In this document: positions 1 through 15,454 of the stretch, in pieces
Layout: the number at the start of each line of letters is the position of its first letter
Position numbering within the stretch: the stretch's first letter is position 1
NCBI RefSeq assembly: GCF_009914755.1
Contig: NC_060929.1
Origin: the human T2T-CHM13v2.0 reference genome, Homo sapiens
Reading direction: 5' to 3' (one strand)
DNA length: 64,000 nt
The notes under the pieces: generated by a model
Seen by the model: only the letters and a program-made list of their open reading frames with translations
What the model was told of the DNA's origin: nothing
Databases searched by the model: none
Made by a program: the position numbers and the translations under genes

Positions 1-611
1 TCCTAGATGTGAAATAAATAGAAAGCCCTTGCTATACAGTAAAATTGATTTCTAAAAATCTAATGTAACAATGTTTACTCACACAAAAACAACCTATCAG
101 AAAATCTCAGTGTTTCCTCAAAGATAACGAATATTACCTTTTTAAATACGCCATTGTAATGGGAAGCATGACATCTCATTTCGTCTGATTTTAGCTTATT
201 TTTCTCTTCATTATTTATACATTGTTTACACACATAAGTTTTTTCTTTATTCTAATAACACAGAATACTAATATTATTAAATAATTTGAATTTTATTTTC
301 ACTTAGCAAATTTGATTTGTTTTCCAAGCCAATAACTATACTTTCATTAGGTTATTTTAGCAAAAAAATAGTATTTCATTTTAATTTTATTCCATAAGTT
401 TTATAAAAAATTGTTATGATCCCTATTAAGGATTTAAGGTTTTTTCAACTTGTGGCTATTTAAACATCATCATCAGGGTCATTCTTGATGCGAATTTTTT
501 TTTTGCCAAAATGAACTGTAAGAAAAAATGTAAAATATAATAAAAAAGTAAAAAAGATATGTAAGTTTATAAAGAAACACTGAATTACCCTTAGGAAAAA
601 ATGCCCCAACA

Positions 612-935
612 AATGATGAGTTCATGTCCTTTGTAGGGACATGGATGAAGCTGGAAACCATCATTCTCAGCAAACTATCGCAAGGACAAAAAACCAAACA
701 CTGCATGTTCTCACTCATAGGTGGGAATTGAACAATGAGAACACTTGGGAACATCACACACCGGGGCCTGTTGTGGGGTGGGGGCTGGGGGAGGGATAGC
801 ATTAGGAGATACACCTAATGTAAATGACGGGTTAATGGGTGCAGCACACCAACATGGCACATGTATACATATGTAACAAACCTGCACGTGTGCACATGTA
901 CCCTAGAACTTAAAGTATAATTAAAAAAATAAAAC
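612..935 (+). mobile_element. 5'-truncated L1PA (about L1PA3-5) 3' end
   Basis: ORF2 end and 3'UTR (GATGAGTTCATGTCCTTTGTAGGGACATGG...GTACCCTAGAACTTAAAGTATAA) with A-tail. TSD AAAATGCCCCAACA (598-611) / AAAATGCCTCAACA (936-949), 1 mismatch. Confidence 0.92.
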
Positions 936-1225
936 AAAATGCCTCAACATACTCTCTCAATGTTCTCTGGACAATCAGTTTTTATCTCGACAATCACAGT
1001 GGCATATGATTTCCATTTTATTTTTGAAATATGTTAAATGCTGGTTGAATTGAATATTTCTGCATTTAGTGGCATGAAACTCTAAAAAACATATAGGGAC
1101 AATTAAAATTTTTTCAGTTGACTTTCTATTCCTGTGTTTTGCTGGGTTTTGCTGTTGTTATCCTTCCAGAATCCCACCTTTGTTAGAATAATGAACTTTT
1201 AATTTTTAAATTATTTGTGTGTGTT

Positions 1226-1346
1226 TTTTTTTATTTTTATGTTTTCTACTTTTTAGAGAGAAAGTCTTGCTCTGTCTCCCAGGCTGGAGCGGAGTGTAGT
1301 GGTGCAATCACAGCTCACTGCAGCCTCAAACTCCTGGCCTCTAGTG
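1226..1346 (-). mobile_element. Alu monomer fragment (FLAM/AluJ-like)
   Basis: T-rich tail followed by GTCTTGCTCTGTCTCCCAGGCTGGAG...GCTCACTGCAGCCTCAAACTCCTGG. Confidence 0.75.
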
Positions 1347-1477
1347 TGTCCTCATGTGTGTTCTTTAGATGTTACAAACATTAATGTTTCTTCTATCATT
1401 TTTGTTACATATATTCACAGCTTATAATTTGCCTTTCAACGATGTCTTATCTTTGGTATAAAGTTAAAAAACAGGTA

Positions 1478-1776
<299 letters not shown>

Positions 1777-1934
1777 GGTAGTCAAATCACGTTTTATATA
1801 TGTATATTTATTTATTTAAACTTGAGTTACTTCCTGCATAGAGATTACGTTATTTGTTAAATATTAGCCCAGATATTTTTCTATTAAAAGCTTATTGACT
1901 TGATGTAATTTAACACTACTAGTGAAAAATTATG

Positions 1935-2420
1935 TTGCCATCACTTACTCCCAATATGATATGTGGAGAAGGGCACTCCATCCACTATTGTGATATTCTT
2001 CCCGGAAGACCAAACATTTGGTATAACCACGAGGAAACATCAAACTCAAATTAAAGGACATTCTACAAAATACCTAAGCATTTTTCTTCAAAACTGTTCA
2101 TGTCATAAGAAACTATTAATAGGAAAGACTGTCATAGATCATAGGAGATCAAGAAGATATAACGACTGAATAAGACATGGCATTGTGAATAGGATCTCAA
2201 AACAGAAAAGGGAAATTTGTGAAAAGCTGGAGAAATTAAAGTATAAGCTATAATTTACCTAAGAGTACTGTATCAATTTTAATTTCTCAGTTTTCATGAA
2301 TGTGCCTTTATTAGGTAAGATCCTATTGTTAGGAAAAGCTAGGTGAAGAGTATACAAGAACTCTTTGTAGTGCATTTGCATATTTTCTGTAAATCTATAA
2401 TTATTAGAAAATTATTTAAA
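1935..2420 (+). mobile_element. Ancient L1M (L1MC/ME-like) 3'UTR fragment
   Basis: Resembles the L1MC-type 3' end (GAGGAAACATCA...AAAGGACATTCTACAAAATA...TTTTCTGTAAATCTA). Confidence 0.65.
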
Positions 2421-2477
2421 AATTATGATCATATATTTATACCATGACATATCTTAACTTTGCTTTGTTTTATTTTA

Positions 2478-2777
<300 letters not shown>

Positions 2778-5480
2778 TGTTTTATTTTAATGTAAATATA
2801 ATAGATAACTTTTTTTTTTTAAGGCTAAGATCCACAATGGCAGGTATATTCCTATAGGCTTCTGTGAGAAGATTTTTAAAAGTTTTATTTACATTTTTAT
2901 CAAATATTCTAATTTATTTCAGCAAGAGTTTTTTTTTTTTTACTTGTCAGAATTACATCTCTATCTTTTTCCTAATTACACTTTCTGTCTCTTGTGTTTT
3001 AGATTCCATGCTACCTTTCATCTTCTTGAGTTCTTCCTTATAAGTTTTCCTCTCTGACCAAAGTCAGTTTCAGAAGTATGATGACATGCACATTCAGTTT
3101 AATTCTTATTCTTAAGGTGTCATACTTGCTTCATTTAACTTTGATTTCACTATGTGTTGTTTGTTTATTCATCTTTGAATTGTAAGCATGACAAGACTCA
3201 AGCTGTAACATTCTCTCCTGTGTCATATATGAGGATAGAGCAATGCTATTTCCCCCTATGTGAATTTGGAGCTCCGAATATTTAACTTTCTATAGTGATG
3301 GGCTATTCTTCTGATGTCGAGCCCTTTTTTCTCACTGGAGGCTTTCTTGACTAATACCTTGAATTTCACATACGTCTTTTGCGCCTGGCCATTTTGACCC
3401 TCTCCTTGTGCTAGAACTAATCTGTATGTATTTCTTCTGCATATGGAAAAAGATTAATTTCCACAAGAAAGTAAATGTCTTATGAGAGACTCCTTTATAT
3501 TGTAGGTTCCAAGTTATAGGCGATCCAGAATGAGATTACTTTATGGGAGAGACAGATGTAAATTGAGCTTTGGGTGACTGAAAGTAATTTTCTTTCAATT
3601 TCATGGGTATTACTCTATTTTTTCGTCAATACTACCAAGAAGTCTAGAATTTAAGGATAGATAATGTGGGTAAATCAAAGTAGCCTTAACTTTAAAAAAT
3701 GTGTATTTTATTAAGTTCCATTGAAGTTGCTTTAGTGCAGAGTACATAACAAATGAAATGTAATACAAGAATGTACTTTCTAGTCTTTTCAGCTAATATT
3801 GGATTACATTAAATCCCTTACTTTTTTCAATACTCAGTTGCTAGATCTTGGCATTGTGTCCTCTCTCATGCATAATTTAAAGACATAGGCCACATCTAAC
3901 TTTTGTTGTTATCTTTACAACCTTTTAAAAAATTAGCAGATTTTTTAGGCACTGATAGTTGGATATCCAAAGTTACAAATTACTTTTCTTATTTTGGTAG
4001 AATTTGCTTTCATAGTTTATTTGCTCATTTTAATAGATGATATTAGCTATTTTTATTTATAATGCAATACAAATAGTTTATAGTATATCATATTTTTAAA
4101 ACTCAAATGGAATTGTGATACAAATAAATTTTAGCAAATATTTGCTAGCCAAAAATAGTAATTAAAATAGAGTGACATTTAAAAAAAAAACTTGAGAGAA
4201 ATTGCACTTTCATAAATTTTCGATGAGATTATATTTTACTTAATTTTCCCTCTAATATGTTAACATTTTATTTAAGTAATTCAAAGAATATAATAAGAAT
4301 TCATTGTCAGAGGCAACTGGCTATTAAAGGTTATTAGGAAAAATATATATATTTCATAATAAAACCCTACTGTAATTAGGGAATAACCTGTTCCATAAAT
4401 GATGATAATTTGATTAGTGAAAACTGAATTTAACTTGGAGAATTTGATGAACTATAAAGAGCAGAGATAAACTTACAAACCACTTCCCAACTCCTTAGCA
4501 GCCTCAAAATTTATTAAAATGTAAACATGTATGATGGTATGATATATACACAATATTTTGTTTTAAAAATAGTTAATGCTCTTAGAATTTCTTTCCTTTA
4601 CAGTATGTTTGTTTTTCCCCAATATTCACAATAACTATTTTCTTAAAAACATTAAGATTATTGTTGATTTTCATCTTAGACCCACACATAAGCATGATTA
4701 ACATTTTGTGAAATATGTACCTTTGTATCCTATTACAGATAAATTAAAGTTAAAGATAGCCCTGTTATAGCCTTATACAGACCAAGGTAACAGAACTTGA
4801 CAGTTTCAGGTTAATCACTGCAAGAAAAATATCCCTGCTAGAAAATAGAGAAGTTTTATATTATTCTTTGTGTTTATTGTTTGATTTTACACTAAACCTA
4901 ATTTGTTTTATTATAAATAGTTTCATCTTTTTACATATTTTGAACGCTGGAAACCCTTTTATATAATGATCATGTTGTAAAGGTTTTAATGTGTAAGCAC
5001 ATTCATTTTCACAGGAGTTGTTGCTAAGTATAGTAAGTGTCTAGATGGGCATTTTAGACTTCAATGGCGCTTTAAAAGGAGATATGCTGAATATACTTGT
5101 AAAGAAAAATACAGGTATAAACACTATCATATGAGTTCAACAAATGTAAAGAACAGTATTCCTACCCCATAATGTTTTTCATTAAGACAAGCATATTACA
5201 ATATAAATATACTGCTGCACTTTTGGAAAAGCCTTCCTACCCCACTTGAAATATATTATAAATAGAGACAATTTGACTTCTACCTCTTATGATATAGCAT
5301 GTTATACTGTCTATACGGGACAGACACATGACTCATTGTCTCAATCATAAGCCCCCATGATAACTATCTTTGTTTTTAATTGATCCATTAATATTAATGA
5401 TAATGACAATAACTGTCATCAACAACTAACATTTTTATAATTCTAAATCTAAAATATGATTTTGGATGCAAACAAGATAG

Positions 5481-5531
5481 AATTAAGAAAATTAATTATT
5501 AATTAAGAAAATTAAGAATTAAGAAAATTAG
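5481..5531. repeat. AT-rich short tandem repeat (AATTAAGAA-like units)
   Basis: AATTAAG(AA) units repeated directly in the sequence. Confidence 0.7.
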
Positions 5532-6818
5532 CAACAACAGGTTACAATCATAAACTAAGAAAAAAACAAGACCTAATACAACAGCAGGACCTAATAAAAC
5601 AGCATAAAAAGAGAGAATGAGGAAAGGACCTGTATAAATAATGCCAAAGAAACAGATGACTGACAGTCTGTTCTTTAGGTCAACTTCCTCTGCTGGTTTA
5701 TTGCCAAAATTCAGTCAATTTCCTCCCAATAAATGTTACCACTGACCAATTCTTCACCTTGTTTCTTTATTCTTGAATGTTCCATTTCCCACCAGCACAA
5801 AATACTCAAGACTTGAGCTCAGTTTTATTTTTCCAGTTACCTTTGAATTACTACCACAAGATACTAGTAAAACTAGCTGGTCTACACTCCTACTAAGATT
5901 TATCATTTGCTTCTGCTGTTCTTCTTTCCCTTATTAGAGGCCAATGCGAACCTACATTAATTAAACAGAGGAAAGAGGAAAAGAAAGAAAGAAAGAGAGA
6001 GGAGTTTTATGAGCCCCCCCTCTCCTGCCCCATGGCAACTAGAAATCTATTTCACTACCAGTTTTAAATGTCAGAAGATTTTTCCTGGATCTTGACAATA
6101 CAACATGTTTTTTTGTTATCGCTATATTATATCATATCACTTCTTCACCTATGCCCAAGTTCTCTCTTTATAATTATTATTGATTTTATTATTGACTCTC
6201 TTGGAGTTCCACATACAAGTGAAGTTCTTTGGAGTCAAGAGTATTCTTCTATACACATAGACTATGAAATGGCTTTGTTTCCAATATGTGTTTCCAGTAA
6301 AAAGCAAGATTAAGTACACTCTTATTTATTGTGCTCTCCCCGTGCTGAAAATCCAAGTCCACCTTAGGTGTTCTTTTGCCAGAATAGCATGGTTCTTAAA
6401 CAACCTTCTATCTTCAGAAAATTGGTAAAAGGAGACACTTATATTTTGCAGTATCACAATATTTTTTAAAAGTACACGGACAACAGAATTTTATTTAAGA
6501 GCTGTCTAGTATTTTCTCGTCATAAAGTACTATATTTCAGTATTTTAAGTCTTAAGGAAGACAAAGTACTAATATGTGTAGTAAATAAAGGTATTCATAA
6601 AGGAGAAAATACAGAATAGAAAACTACTTTGGCTACCTCAAATTTGTATCTTACAAGACACAAGCAAAAAATCACTTACTGAGTCTTTTTAATGAAGAGT
6701 ATAGACTAAAAGAACAATAATAAAAAAGTCAGGCCAAATCTGAAATACATTTTCTAAGTCATCAATTCACAATAAGATGCTTTCAATATTCCTACAGAAA
6801 ATGCATGTTTGTGTGCAC

Positions 6819-7303
6819 TGCATGAGACTGAATAGTGGCTTCCTAAAGATGTTTCTGTTACAATCCCAGGAACCTGTGAATACATTACCTTGCATGGTAA
6901 AAGGGAATTTGCAGATTTTATTGTGTTAAGGATCTTGAGATGATGAGATTTTCCTGAATTATCCAGGTGAGTGTGATGTAATCACAATTACAAAGGTCCT
7001 TATAAGAGGGAAACTAGAGGTTGAGACGGCAGGTTGGGAGGAGGCCGGACAAAGTTTCAATAGAACCAGAGGTTGGTGTGAGGCACTGTGAGTCAAGGAA
7101 TTCAAGCAGTCCCTAGAAGCTGGAAAAGGCAAGGAAATGGATTACTCCACAAGCCTCCAAGAGTAACTCAATCCAACCAACACTTTGATTTTTAAACTCC
7201 AACCTCCAGAACTCTAATTTTTTTCCTAAGAGAATTAATGTGTGCTGTTTTAAGCCACAAAGTTTGTGGCATTTTGTTACAGCAGCAATAGGAAAGTAAT
7301 ACA
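6819..7303 (+). mobile_element. MLT1 (C/D-like) MaLR solo LTR
   Basis: CCCAGGAACCTGTGAATACATTACCTTGCATGGTAAAAGGG...GTTACAGCAGCAATAGGAAAGTAATACA terminus. Confidence 0.85.
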
Positions 7304-7539
7304 AGGACAAAGATCATGCATAGCTTCTTCCTTATCCTTTTCACAGCAGCAAGAACCAGACTCTGCTATATGGTGGGAAGTCAAAGCATATTTTCTAAGT
7401 GAATATATTTCTAATAAAAATTGCTAATTAATTAAATCATAATTACAAGGCATTGGGGTATAAAGTAAGATATGGGCAAAGTTCTGTTTCTCAGAACTCT
7501 GACAGCAGGAATCAGGCTATAAAAGCTTTAATCTTATTT

Positions 7540-9930
7540 CTTACCACTATTTTAGAGATCCCCAAATTCAGTTGTTTTCATAAGATAGACACTTATTTCT
7601 CACTCCTAAAGTTCAAGAAGAGGGAAAACAGCCCAAAGTGATAGGGAACTCTGCTCCAGAGACATCCAGGTTCAAATTTCTGCCTTCCTTATTCCAGCGT
7701 TGCCTTGTGAAACACTTGAGCTATACAGTAGCTTGTTTATTTACATATCTTAACAATTGATACAGACTGTTTTCTGAGAACTTAGCAAGGGCTGTTGAAT
7801 GGAGCAGCTATACATGGTGGCTCCATGTGGTCTGCACTTCCTCACGGTATAGTGGCTAGGTTCCAAAGGTGAACATCCTGACTCAGAAAGAAAGCCAAAT
7901 TGAAGAGAATTATGTTTTACGAGTTGCCTTAGAGTTTATATTCCATCACTTCTACCATACTCTACCAGTCGGTTTAGTTACAAGTCTCAATTCAGTTTAA
8001 TAAAGAGAGAGCTTGGAATCCAGGAAATATTTGGAGGATTGCCAATAAAATTGCAAGAAGAGCATGAGAAATGAGACATTATCATGTGACAATACGTGAA
8101 AAATACAGTCCAGCAGATCCGACAAAAGAGGGAAAAGATAGAGCAAAGGGCAAGCAGCGTTCCTTTGAAAAGATGCGATGTGAGGTTGTTTGCCTCATTT
8201 CTGTGCACATCTCTTTGGCTGAAGTGTAGTGAAATCTCTAAACCTAGTTGACACAGACCAGAAAAAACCCTGGAGGAAGGCTAGTTATTATTAATAGAAA
8301 GACAGACAGCAGTATCTTTTATAATCTGCACACCCTTCTTCCTCAAGTTAGAACATGTCTACCCACTTCCCAAGAAAGACAAGCCATAGTTACACTCAGG
8401 CATGGTATACAGTTCAGATGTCAGGATATTTGGGTACAGTCCTCTCTATCACAAAAGTTTCCTACGTATCATTAATAGCAACTATATATTACTTAAAATT
8501 ACAATAAAATGTCTCATTTGAGAAAAAAAAGAATGACCACGCAGTCACTGCTCAGAGCAATAAAATTTTGCAGGACAAAAATTGCAGAGACTCTCTGCTC
8601 TACCAGTGGAGAAAGTTTCTTGCTTAAAACTGATCGCTGCTTATTGAAAAGAATTTCCTGTCCTCTATCCTCTGCGGTCCTGGCTTTCTCTCTGAAAAAA
8701 TTTGTTCTTGTAATACATTCTCCCTCACCACATCTGCATGAATATTAAAGAGATTTCTTTTGTCAGAAGCACTGCAGTTTTCATAGCCTGCTTCTGCACC
8801 CACTAATTTGGGAACTTGGGACTTTTTGAAGGCTAAATATTTGATTTCTTTAGTAAAAAAAAAAAATTATTAGAAGATTCAATGAGTTTATGGTCTAACT
8901 GCATACAGCTATTTTCTTGTGCTGGAAACCTACATCCAAGGCTCTTTTCTGGAAATAATTATGAAACCTATTCTTACGGTCTCACTTCTTTGTTAAGCCA
9001 GTGTCAATTGTTACCATTTTGATGATGGCTCTTGAAAGTATAAAACCATATAAAATAATAGACTTATTTGGAAAGCAACATACTTTATCTGATCTTTTGC
9101 ACAGATGATCTATAGATTCACTTGTTGAGCTGAGAATTCTTAATGGACATTTTTTATTAAATCTTTTGAGCAGCAGGGTTATCTCCTACTGTGTAGGGTG
9201 ATAAACGAAGGTGGCTTTTCCAGCCCCATCAGATCCCACATTTCTGGACTCTTTATTCTCTTCAAACTCTACTTGAAATTGTCTTGTTCTTCCTTCAGCT
9301 CATTAATTCCTGAAATAAGCTAGCTAAATGCAGCAATAAACAGCTAACACATGGTAACATTCTGGCCCTTTCCATCAGCCTCTCCTCCAGCTGAAGGCTC
9401 TTTAGGCAAGGGGTTTGCTCTTCCAGTTACCAGAAGTGACACTTTAAATAAATGTACTGCCTTCACTCTCACTTACGTGTCTATTCCACATTTTTTTTAG
9501 GTTTTTGTGGCAGGCAGAAAGCCTTCCAATGTACCAATTATTTATTAGCTACAGTAAAACCTACATTGCTAGAGCTAATAAGCCCCACAATATAGATTTC
9601 TTATTAAAACTGAAGAGTGTTTTCTGCTTACATTATGAGCCCAGGAACTCTATGCTCCATGAATCAGTCCAGAACCCAACAAATTGGGTATGGCTTTGTT
9701 ATCCATGATACACAGCTATTAGTGTTGCCCTGGTCATCACCATTTTCATTTGGGATGAAAGTAAAAAACAAGGGAATTATGGGCAATTACATTTAATAAG
9801 GGGTATTGCTGTCCTGCATTTCACATTTACTTACATCTCAATCATGAGCACTTAGTCACATGGCACACCTAGCCACAAGGGAGGCTGAGAAGTACAGTCT
9901 CTCGGCAGAAGAGTATACCTGAGTTGGAGG
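7540..9930 (-). mobile_element. Highly decayed MLT1(J/K/L-like) LTR pieces and internal sequence
   Basis: Patchy similarity to old MaLR LTR motifs near 7585, 7780-7990, 8080-8280 and 9810-9900. Boundaries uncertain. Confidence 0.4.
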
Positions 9931-10318
9931 AGAGCCAGAAGTCTGTTACTTGTGTAAATGTAACATATTATATCTGATCTTTGCCATAGAGATGTGTCAC
10001 ACTGTCTAAGGACTCTCAATAGGAGACCCTTGACAAGGGCTCTAGATGATCATTGTTTCCCTATTATTTGGAGTATAAAAGTAGTTGATTTTTACAACAT
10101 TGCAAGATATCAAATTACTAGAAATTTATGCAATTTATATTATAGGCCATGGACAGACAGAGATTTTATTACCAAGATGTATTCTCTTCCATTTCCATTG
10201 TTGTTTGCACACTGATTATTTCCAACCAATCAATTACAACCCCTTTATATCCCATACTGAAAGATCTGAGGAGCTGCCAACACACACCAACATGCTAGTC
10301 TTTTTCAACAACTTTCCT

Positions 10319-10630
10319 GGCAGGGTGCAGTGGCTCATACCTATAATCCCATCACATTGGAAGGCTGAGGCTGGAGGATCACTTGACCTCAGGAGTTCTA
10401 GACCAGCCTAGGCAACATAAGGATACTCCATCTCTACCAAAAAAAAAAAAAAAAAGTTAGCCAAGCCTGGTGGTATGTACATGACTGTAGGCCTAGCTAC
10501 TTGGGAAGCTGAGGTGGAAGCATCTCTTGAATCCAAGAGTTCAAGGCTACAGTGAGGTATGATCATGCCACTGCACTCTAGCCTGAGCAGCAAATCGAGA
10601 CCCTGTCTCAAAACAAACAGACAAAAAAAA
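10319..10630 (+). mobile_element. AluJ
   Basis: Diverged dimeric Alu with J-type diagnostics (GGAGGATCACTTGA, CCAAGAGTTCAAGGCTACAGTGAG) and an expanded middle A-run. Confidence 0.9.
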
Positions 10631-10779
10631 CCACATCACCATCCCTAAAGCAGTAGGTTTTGCATACAAAAGATCCTTTCCGCTGAGCTTAGCAGGGGTT
10701 GTGGCCATTAATTTTTAATAATAACTAGGCAATCACAATAAATAATCAAATTCAAGTCATTAAATTTGAGTTAACTGGT

Positions 10780-11085
10780 TATTCAGCAGTCCATGAAGTT
10801 TGGTCTTTTGGCCCTTTTCTTTCAGTAATGCGGGCATAACACATGGTGACAGAGGAGCAGCTTGGTAACCATGAGACAGCATGAATGAGGACGAAAGTCA
10901 ACTGCTGGAAATTAGAGAGGGAAAGACAAAGATAATCTAATTCAATGAGGTTATCATGGAGACCCTCCCTCAGTTTCATGCTTTCTTCCCCTAGACTTCT
11001 GTTATATAAGAGATAACCCTTCATGTTTAAGCCATTTTCAGTTGATTTTTCAGGATATCCCATATTTTCCCAATAAAAAGTACCT
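10780..11085 (+). mobile_element. Old MLT1 (J-like) LTR fragment
   Basis: CTAGACTTCTGTTATATAAGAGATAACCCTTCATGTTTAAGCCATTTT resembles an MLT1 3' motif. Confidence 0.5.
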
Positions 11086-13389
11086 ATAAAATATTTAAAG
11101 TTTCTGCTATTGGTAACCATTAAGTGATGCCTTGCTTTTGCTTGTGAATATAACCTGCAAGACCTATTTCAAAAGCAAGAATTCTAGAAGCAGGATAATA
11201 AAACAGGAATTATATCATTCAGTGGATGAGTCTTTGTTTTGAAACATTAGCCAGATACCATGTGGTCACCAGGCAGATTCGGTGAACAAGCATATCAAAA
11301 TGACACATTCAGGCCTATAAAGGGCTAGTAGAAGATTTTGATACTAACCACTCCTTTCTGTACATGAAGATCAAGTCAGAATATGTTTTGTTTTTCTCTT
11401 TGTCTCATTTTTAACCTTCTATTGTCACTCTACTGCAGATAGCAACAATATATATATCAGAGAATTATCAGTTAATGAACCAGTACCAAAAGCATTCTAA
11501 CTATTTATTAAAAATGATATGACCTTATTATTAATACATTGAAAAAAACTAAAAAATATATTTAATTTTTAAAATCTGGAAAATTTCTACATTACATCTT
11601 TACTCTCTCTCTATATATATGTATATGTATTTTAAAACATATATCCATATAGCAAACATATATTTCACTTCATAAATCTAGGAATTTGGAACATAACCCA
11701 AAAAGCACTGGCTTATTATACAAATAATTTGGGTCAAGATATCTCATTTCATGTTTCTTAGTTATAAAATATTTTGGTTGTGAGTAGATTTGAAAGAGCA
11801 TGCGAATGCAAAAACTACTTATTAAAATGAGAGCATCCAAATCATGGTGGCAGTGAACGTTCAGCAGCATCTGAGGAAAATGCCATATCCATCATAGACA
11901 CATTCATAAATTTCTTTTGATTAGGCTTTGCGATCTTCAATGGAAATTTTCAGGGCCATTGAAAAAATCTCACACATTTTTTTTCTGTCTCAATCTTAAT
12001 TCTTCAGAGAATAATTAAGGAAAGTGAATAGCTCTGTTAGGCATTTCTCAATCATCTTTAAATGGGTCATGGTTTTAAATAGGATGTGTCAAATTGAAAT
12101 TATATGAACTAAATTATACCTAAGTTACACTGTACCGTCTGCTTAATGACTTCTTTACAGGGGGTCAGTGAGTCATCAACTATTAATTGCAATTCATCTT
12201 TGAAACAGTCAAAATCAATGTATATTTTTCACTAAAGTCAAATAACTAGCCTCAAGAAACACTGAAAAAGAGGTAACTAAATAACAGTCATAAATATTCA
12301 GTATCTATAAGCAAACAAAAAAATCCAGTTTTAATGTCAGATATATAATTTATTGCTAAATTCAGTCTCATATTTTGTTTCATGAATATGTACTTATATC
12401 AAAGATATATAATTCAAACTATCAAATCACTGAGACATCTATGTCCTTTAAATTTTTCTGGGACTTATATTTTCCTGTGTAAAGCCTATATTTCATATAG
12501 TTATTTTATATCCACAGAGATGAACTCACATTCTATCTTATTTTGACAGATCATTTTACTTTTTTTTTGTTTTACCATTTTGCTTTTCCTTTTTGCTCAA
12601 TTGCACACTTTATTTCAAATGCTCAGTTTTATACTTAAAGTTTTAATATGTACACTTGACTAAACAAATTCTATAGTAATAAATTTCTGCACTTTGTGAG
12701 CAACGTAAAATATTATTTCATGACTTCTCAGCCATCTCTCTTCTAACACATCATTGTGCCCTGTGTCTTAATTTCATCACTTTTTCCAACAAAATATCCA
12801 GTATAGAATATTTATAGGTCATCAATATTTGTTTAGATTCACCACTATTTGTGCAGTTTCTGGTCCCATTAATCATTCTAACACATCATAGGAGGATCTG
12901 TGTCTACTTTCTGAAAGGTAATAAAAATAAAAAAATTTATTCAATAATGTTCTCCTAGCCTTAGGCACTTTGTTCAACTTTTTTTTTATTTGGCCATCAA
13001 AAATAGTGTCATTAATATTTTCAAAATTATAAATAATAATTTGAAATTATCATTATTTGGATATATAATTCTAGGTGGAGAATTATTTTCTGCCAGCATT
13101 CCTTCTAAGAAATTATCCAGCTCTGTGTTTGTTGGAAATTTTGTTTCACCTTGTTGCTGTTTCTTAGTAAGCAATCTAAATGAGTATTAGATTTAAAAAT
13201 TATATCTTCATATCTAATGCTGGATAGTTTCATCATAATGTATCTAAGATTCATTTAACAAATGTCTGCTAAGTATATGCTTGGTGAGAGACACAATTTT
13301 AGAATACAAAGGTACAGTAGTTTTGAAAACTGTGCTGCCTGAGGTGAGGACGGACATCTTCCGCCAATTCTGGAAAAACTTCAGCTGGT

Positions 13390-13742
<353 letters not shown>

Positions 13743-14531
13743 TTAAACCTTTTGTTAGATATATCTTAGATGTTCTTATTATATATCTGCACATTTCAAA
13801 CTCTCATATTCTCTGAATTCTAAACTCTCTGCAGTAAATCTTTGATCATGTTTTTAATTTATTTCTATAAATTTTCTCTTGGAACAAACTTAAAGTAATT
13901 TTTAGGTTACTTATTTTGGATACTGTTCTTTTTTACTGTAAATGTTCATAGCTATGTGTTTCACTCTGAAAACTGCTTTAGTTTTTTGTATACTTTTTAC
14001 CATTTTATATGTACATTATATTCATCTCAAAGCATTTTCAAACCTTTCTTGTAATTTCTTCGACCCACTGCTTATTTAAGAATCTGTTGTTTGATAGCTG
14101 CATATTTGTAAATTTCTCAAATTTCCTTTTGAAGATTTTTAAAATTTCATTGAGGTTGAAGAATATAATTTGTATTATTGCAATTTTAAAAAATTTTATT
14201 GAGGCTTTTAAAAATGTTCCACGTGCACTTTAAAAAAGTATGCTTTCTGCTTTTGCTAAATAGAGTGTCCTATAGATAGATGTGTGTTACAGTTAGTTGT
14301 GTGTTAAAATCTTTTTCTTTATTGATCTGTCTCCTTGTTCTATTCTCATTGAAAGAGGTATTAAAATCTCCAACTACTACTGTTGAATTGTCTATTCTTT
14401 CCTTCAATTCTGTCAATATTTATCTAAAGTATCTTTGGATTCTGTTGTTAAATGCTTAAATTTTATATATTCCCAAATCTATTGACTCTTAGCATTATGC
14501 ACTGTCCCTCCTTCTATCTAGCAACATTTTT

Positions 14532-14835
14532 TAAAATTTTATTTTTGTTATTTGAGATGGAGTCTTGCTTTGTCACCTAGGCTGGAGTGCAGAGATGCTA
14601 TCTCGGCTCACTGCAACCTCCGTCTCCCAGGTTGAAGCGATTCTCCTGCTTTAGCCTCCTGAGTAGCTGGGATTACAAGCGCCTGACACCACGCCCAGCT
14701 AATTTTTTGTATTTTTAGTACAGATGAGGTTTCACCATGTTGGCCGGGCTGGTTTGAACTCCTGACTTCAAATGATCTGCCTGCCTTCACCTCCCAAAGT
14801 TCTGGGATTACAGGCATGAACCACTGTGCCCGGCC
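14532..14835 (-). mobile_element. AluS (Sx-like)
   Basis: Full antisense Alu. Flanking repeat TCTAGCAACATTTTT at 14517-14531 and 14838-14852. Confidence 0.93.
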
Positions 14836-15454
14836 TTTCTAGCAACATTTTTAAAGTTTCACTCCAGGTCTCACGATTGCTTTTTGCACAGTATATCCTT
14901 TCATCCTTTTATTGTAAATACATTTTAATTTCTGATTCTGAAGTACCTCCCTTGTAAACATATAGCTGGATATTGATTTTATTCATTGAAACTCATAATC
15001 TTTGACTTTTAATTATATTGTTTAATCTATTCACATTTAATGTTGTAACTGATATGTGGGAGTGATATCTAATACATCATCCATATTTCTATCTCTTTCT
15101 ATATCCTTCATGTGTCTTTGCACTTCTGTTTCCTTTTAACTATTTCATATTAAGTGGCTATATTCTAGTATAATCCTTAATTCTTTTAGTGATTTTTAAT
15201 AATATTACTTAGATATTTTCTTAGTGATGGTTTCAGGGTGTTAAATATGAATATTAACTTCCATACAATTTAGATTATACTGACTTAGGTCCAGTGTAAC
15301 ACAGCAGTTTTATTTCTGTAGAGCTTAATTCCTCCCCTCCTTTTTGTGTGTTATCATCTCATACATAGTGGGCCCATAGGTGTTACAACCCCAACAAACA
15401 TTATTAGTTACCATTTCTATTTCTCTTCATTTCTCTCTGGAGATCTGATACAAG

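Noticed and set aside
12151-12175. Acceptor/7-nt exon/donor pattern overlapping an AP-1 TGAGTCA site
   Set aside because: Not frame-preserving and the pyrimidine tract is short; expected by chance.
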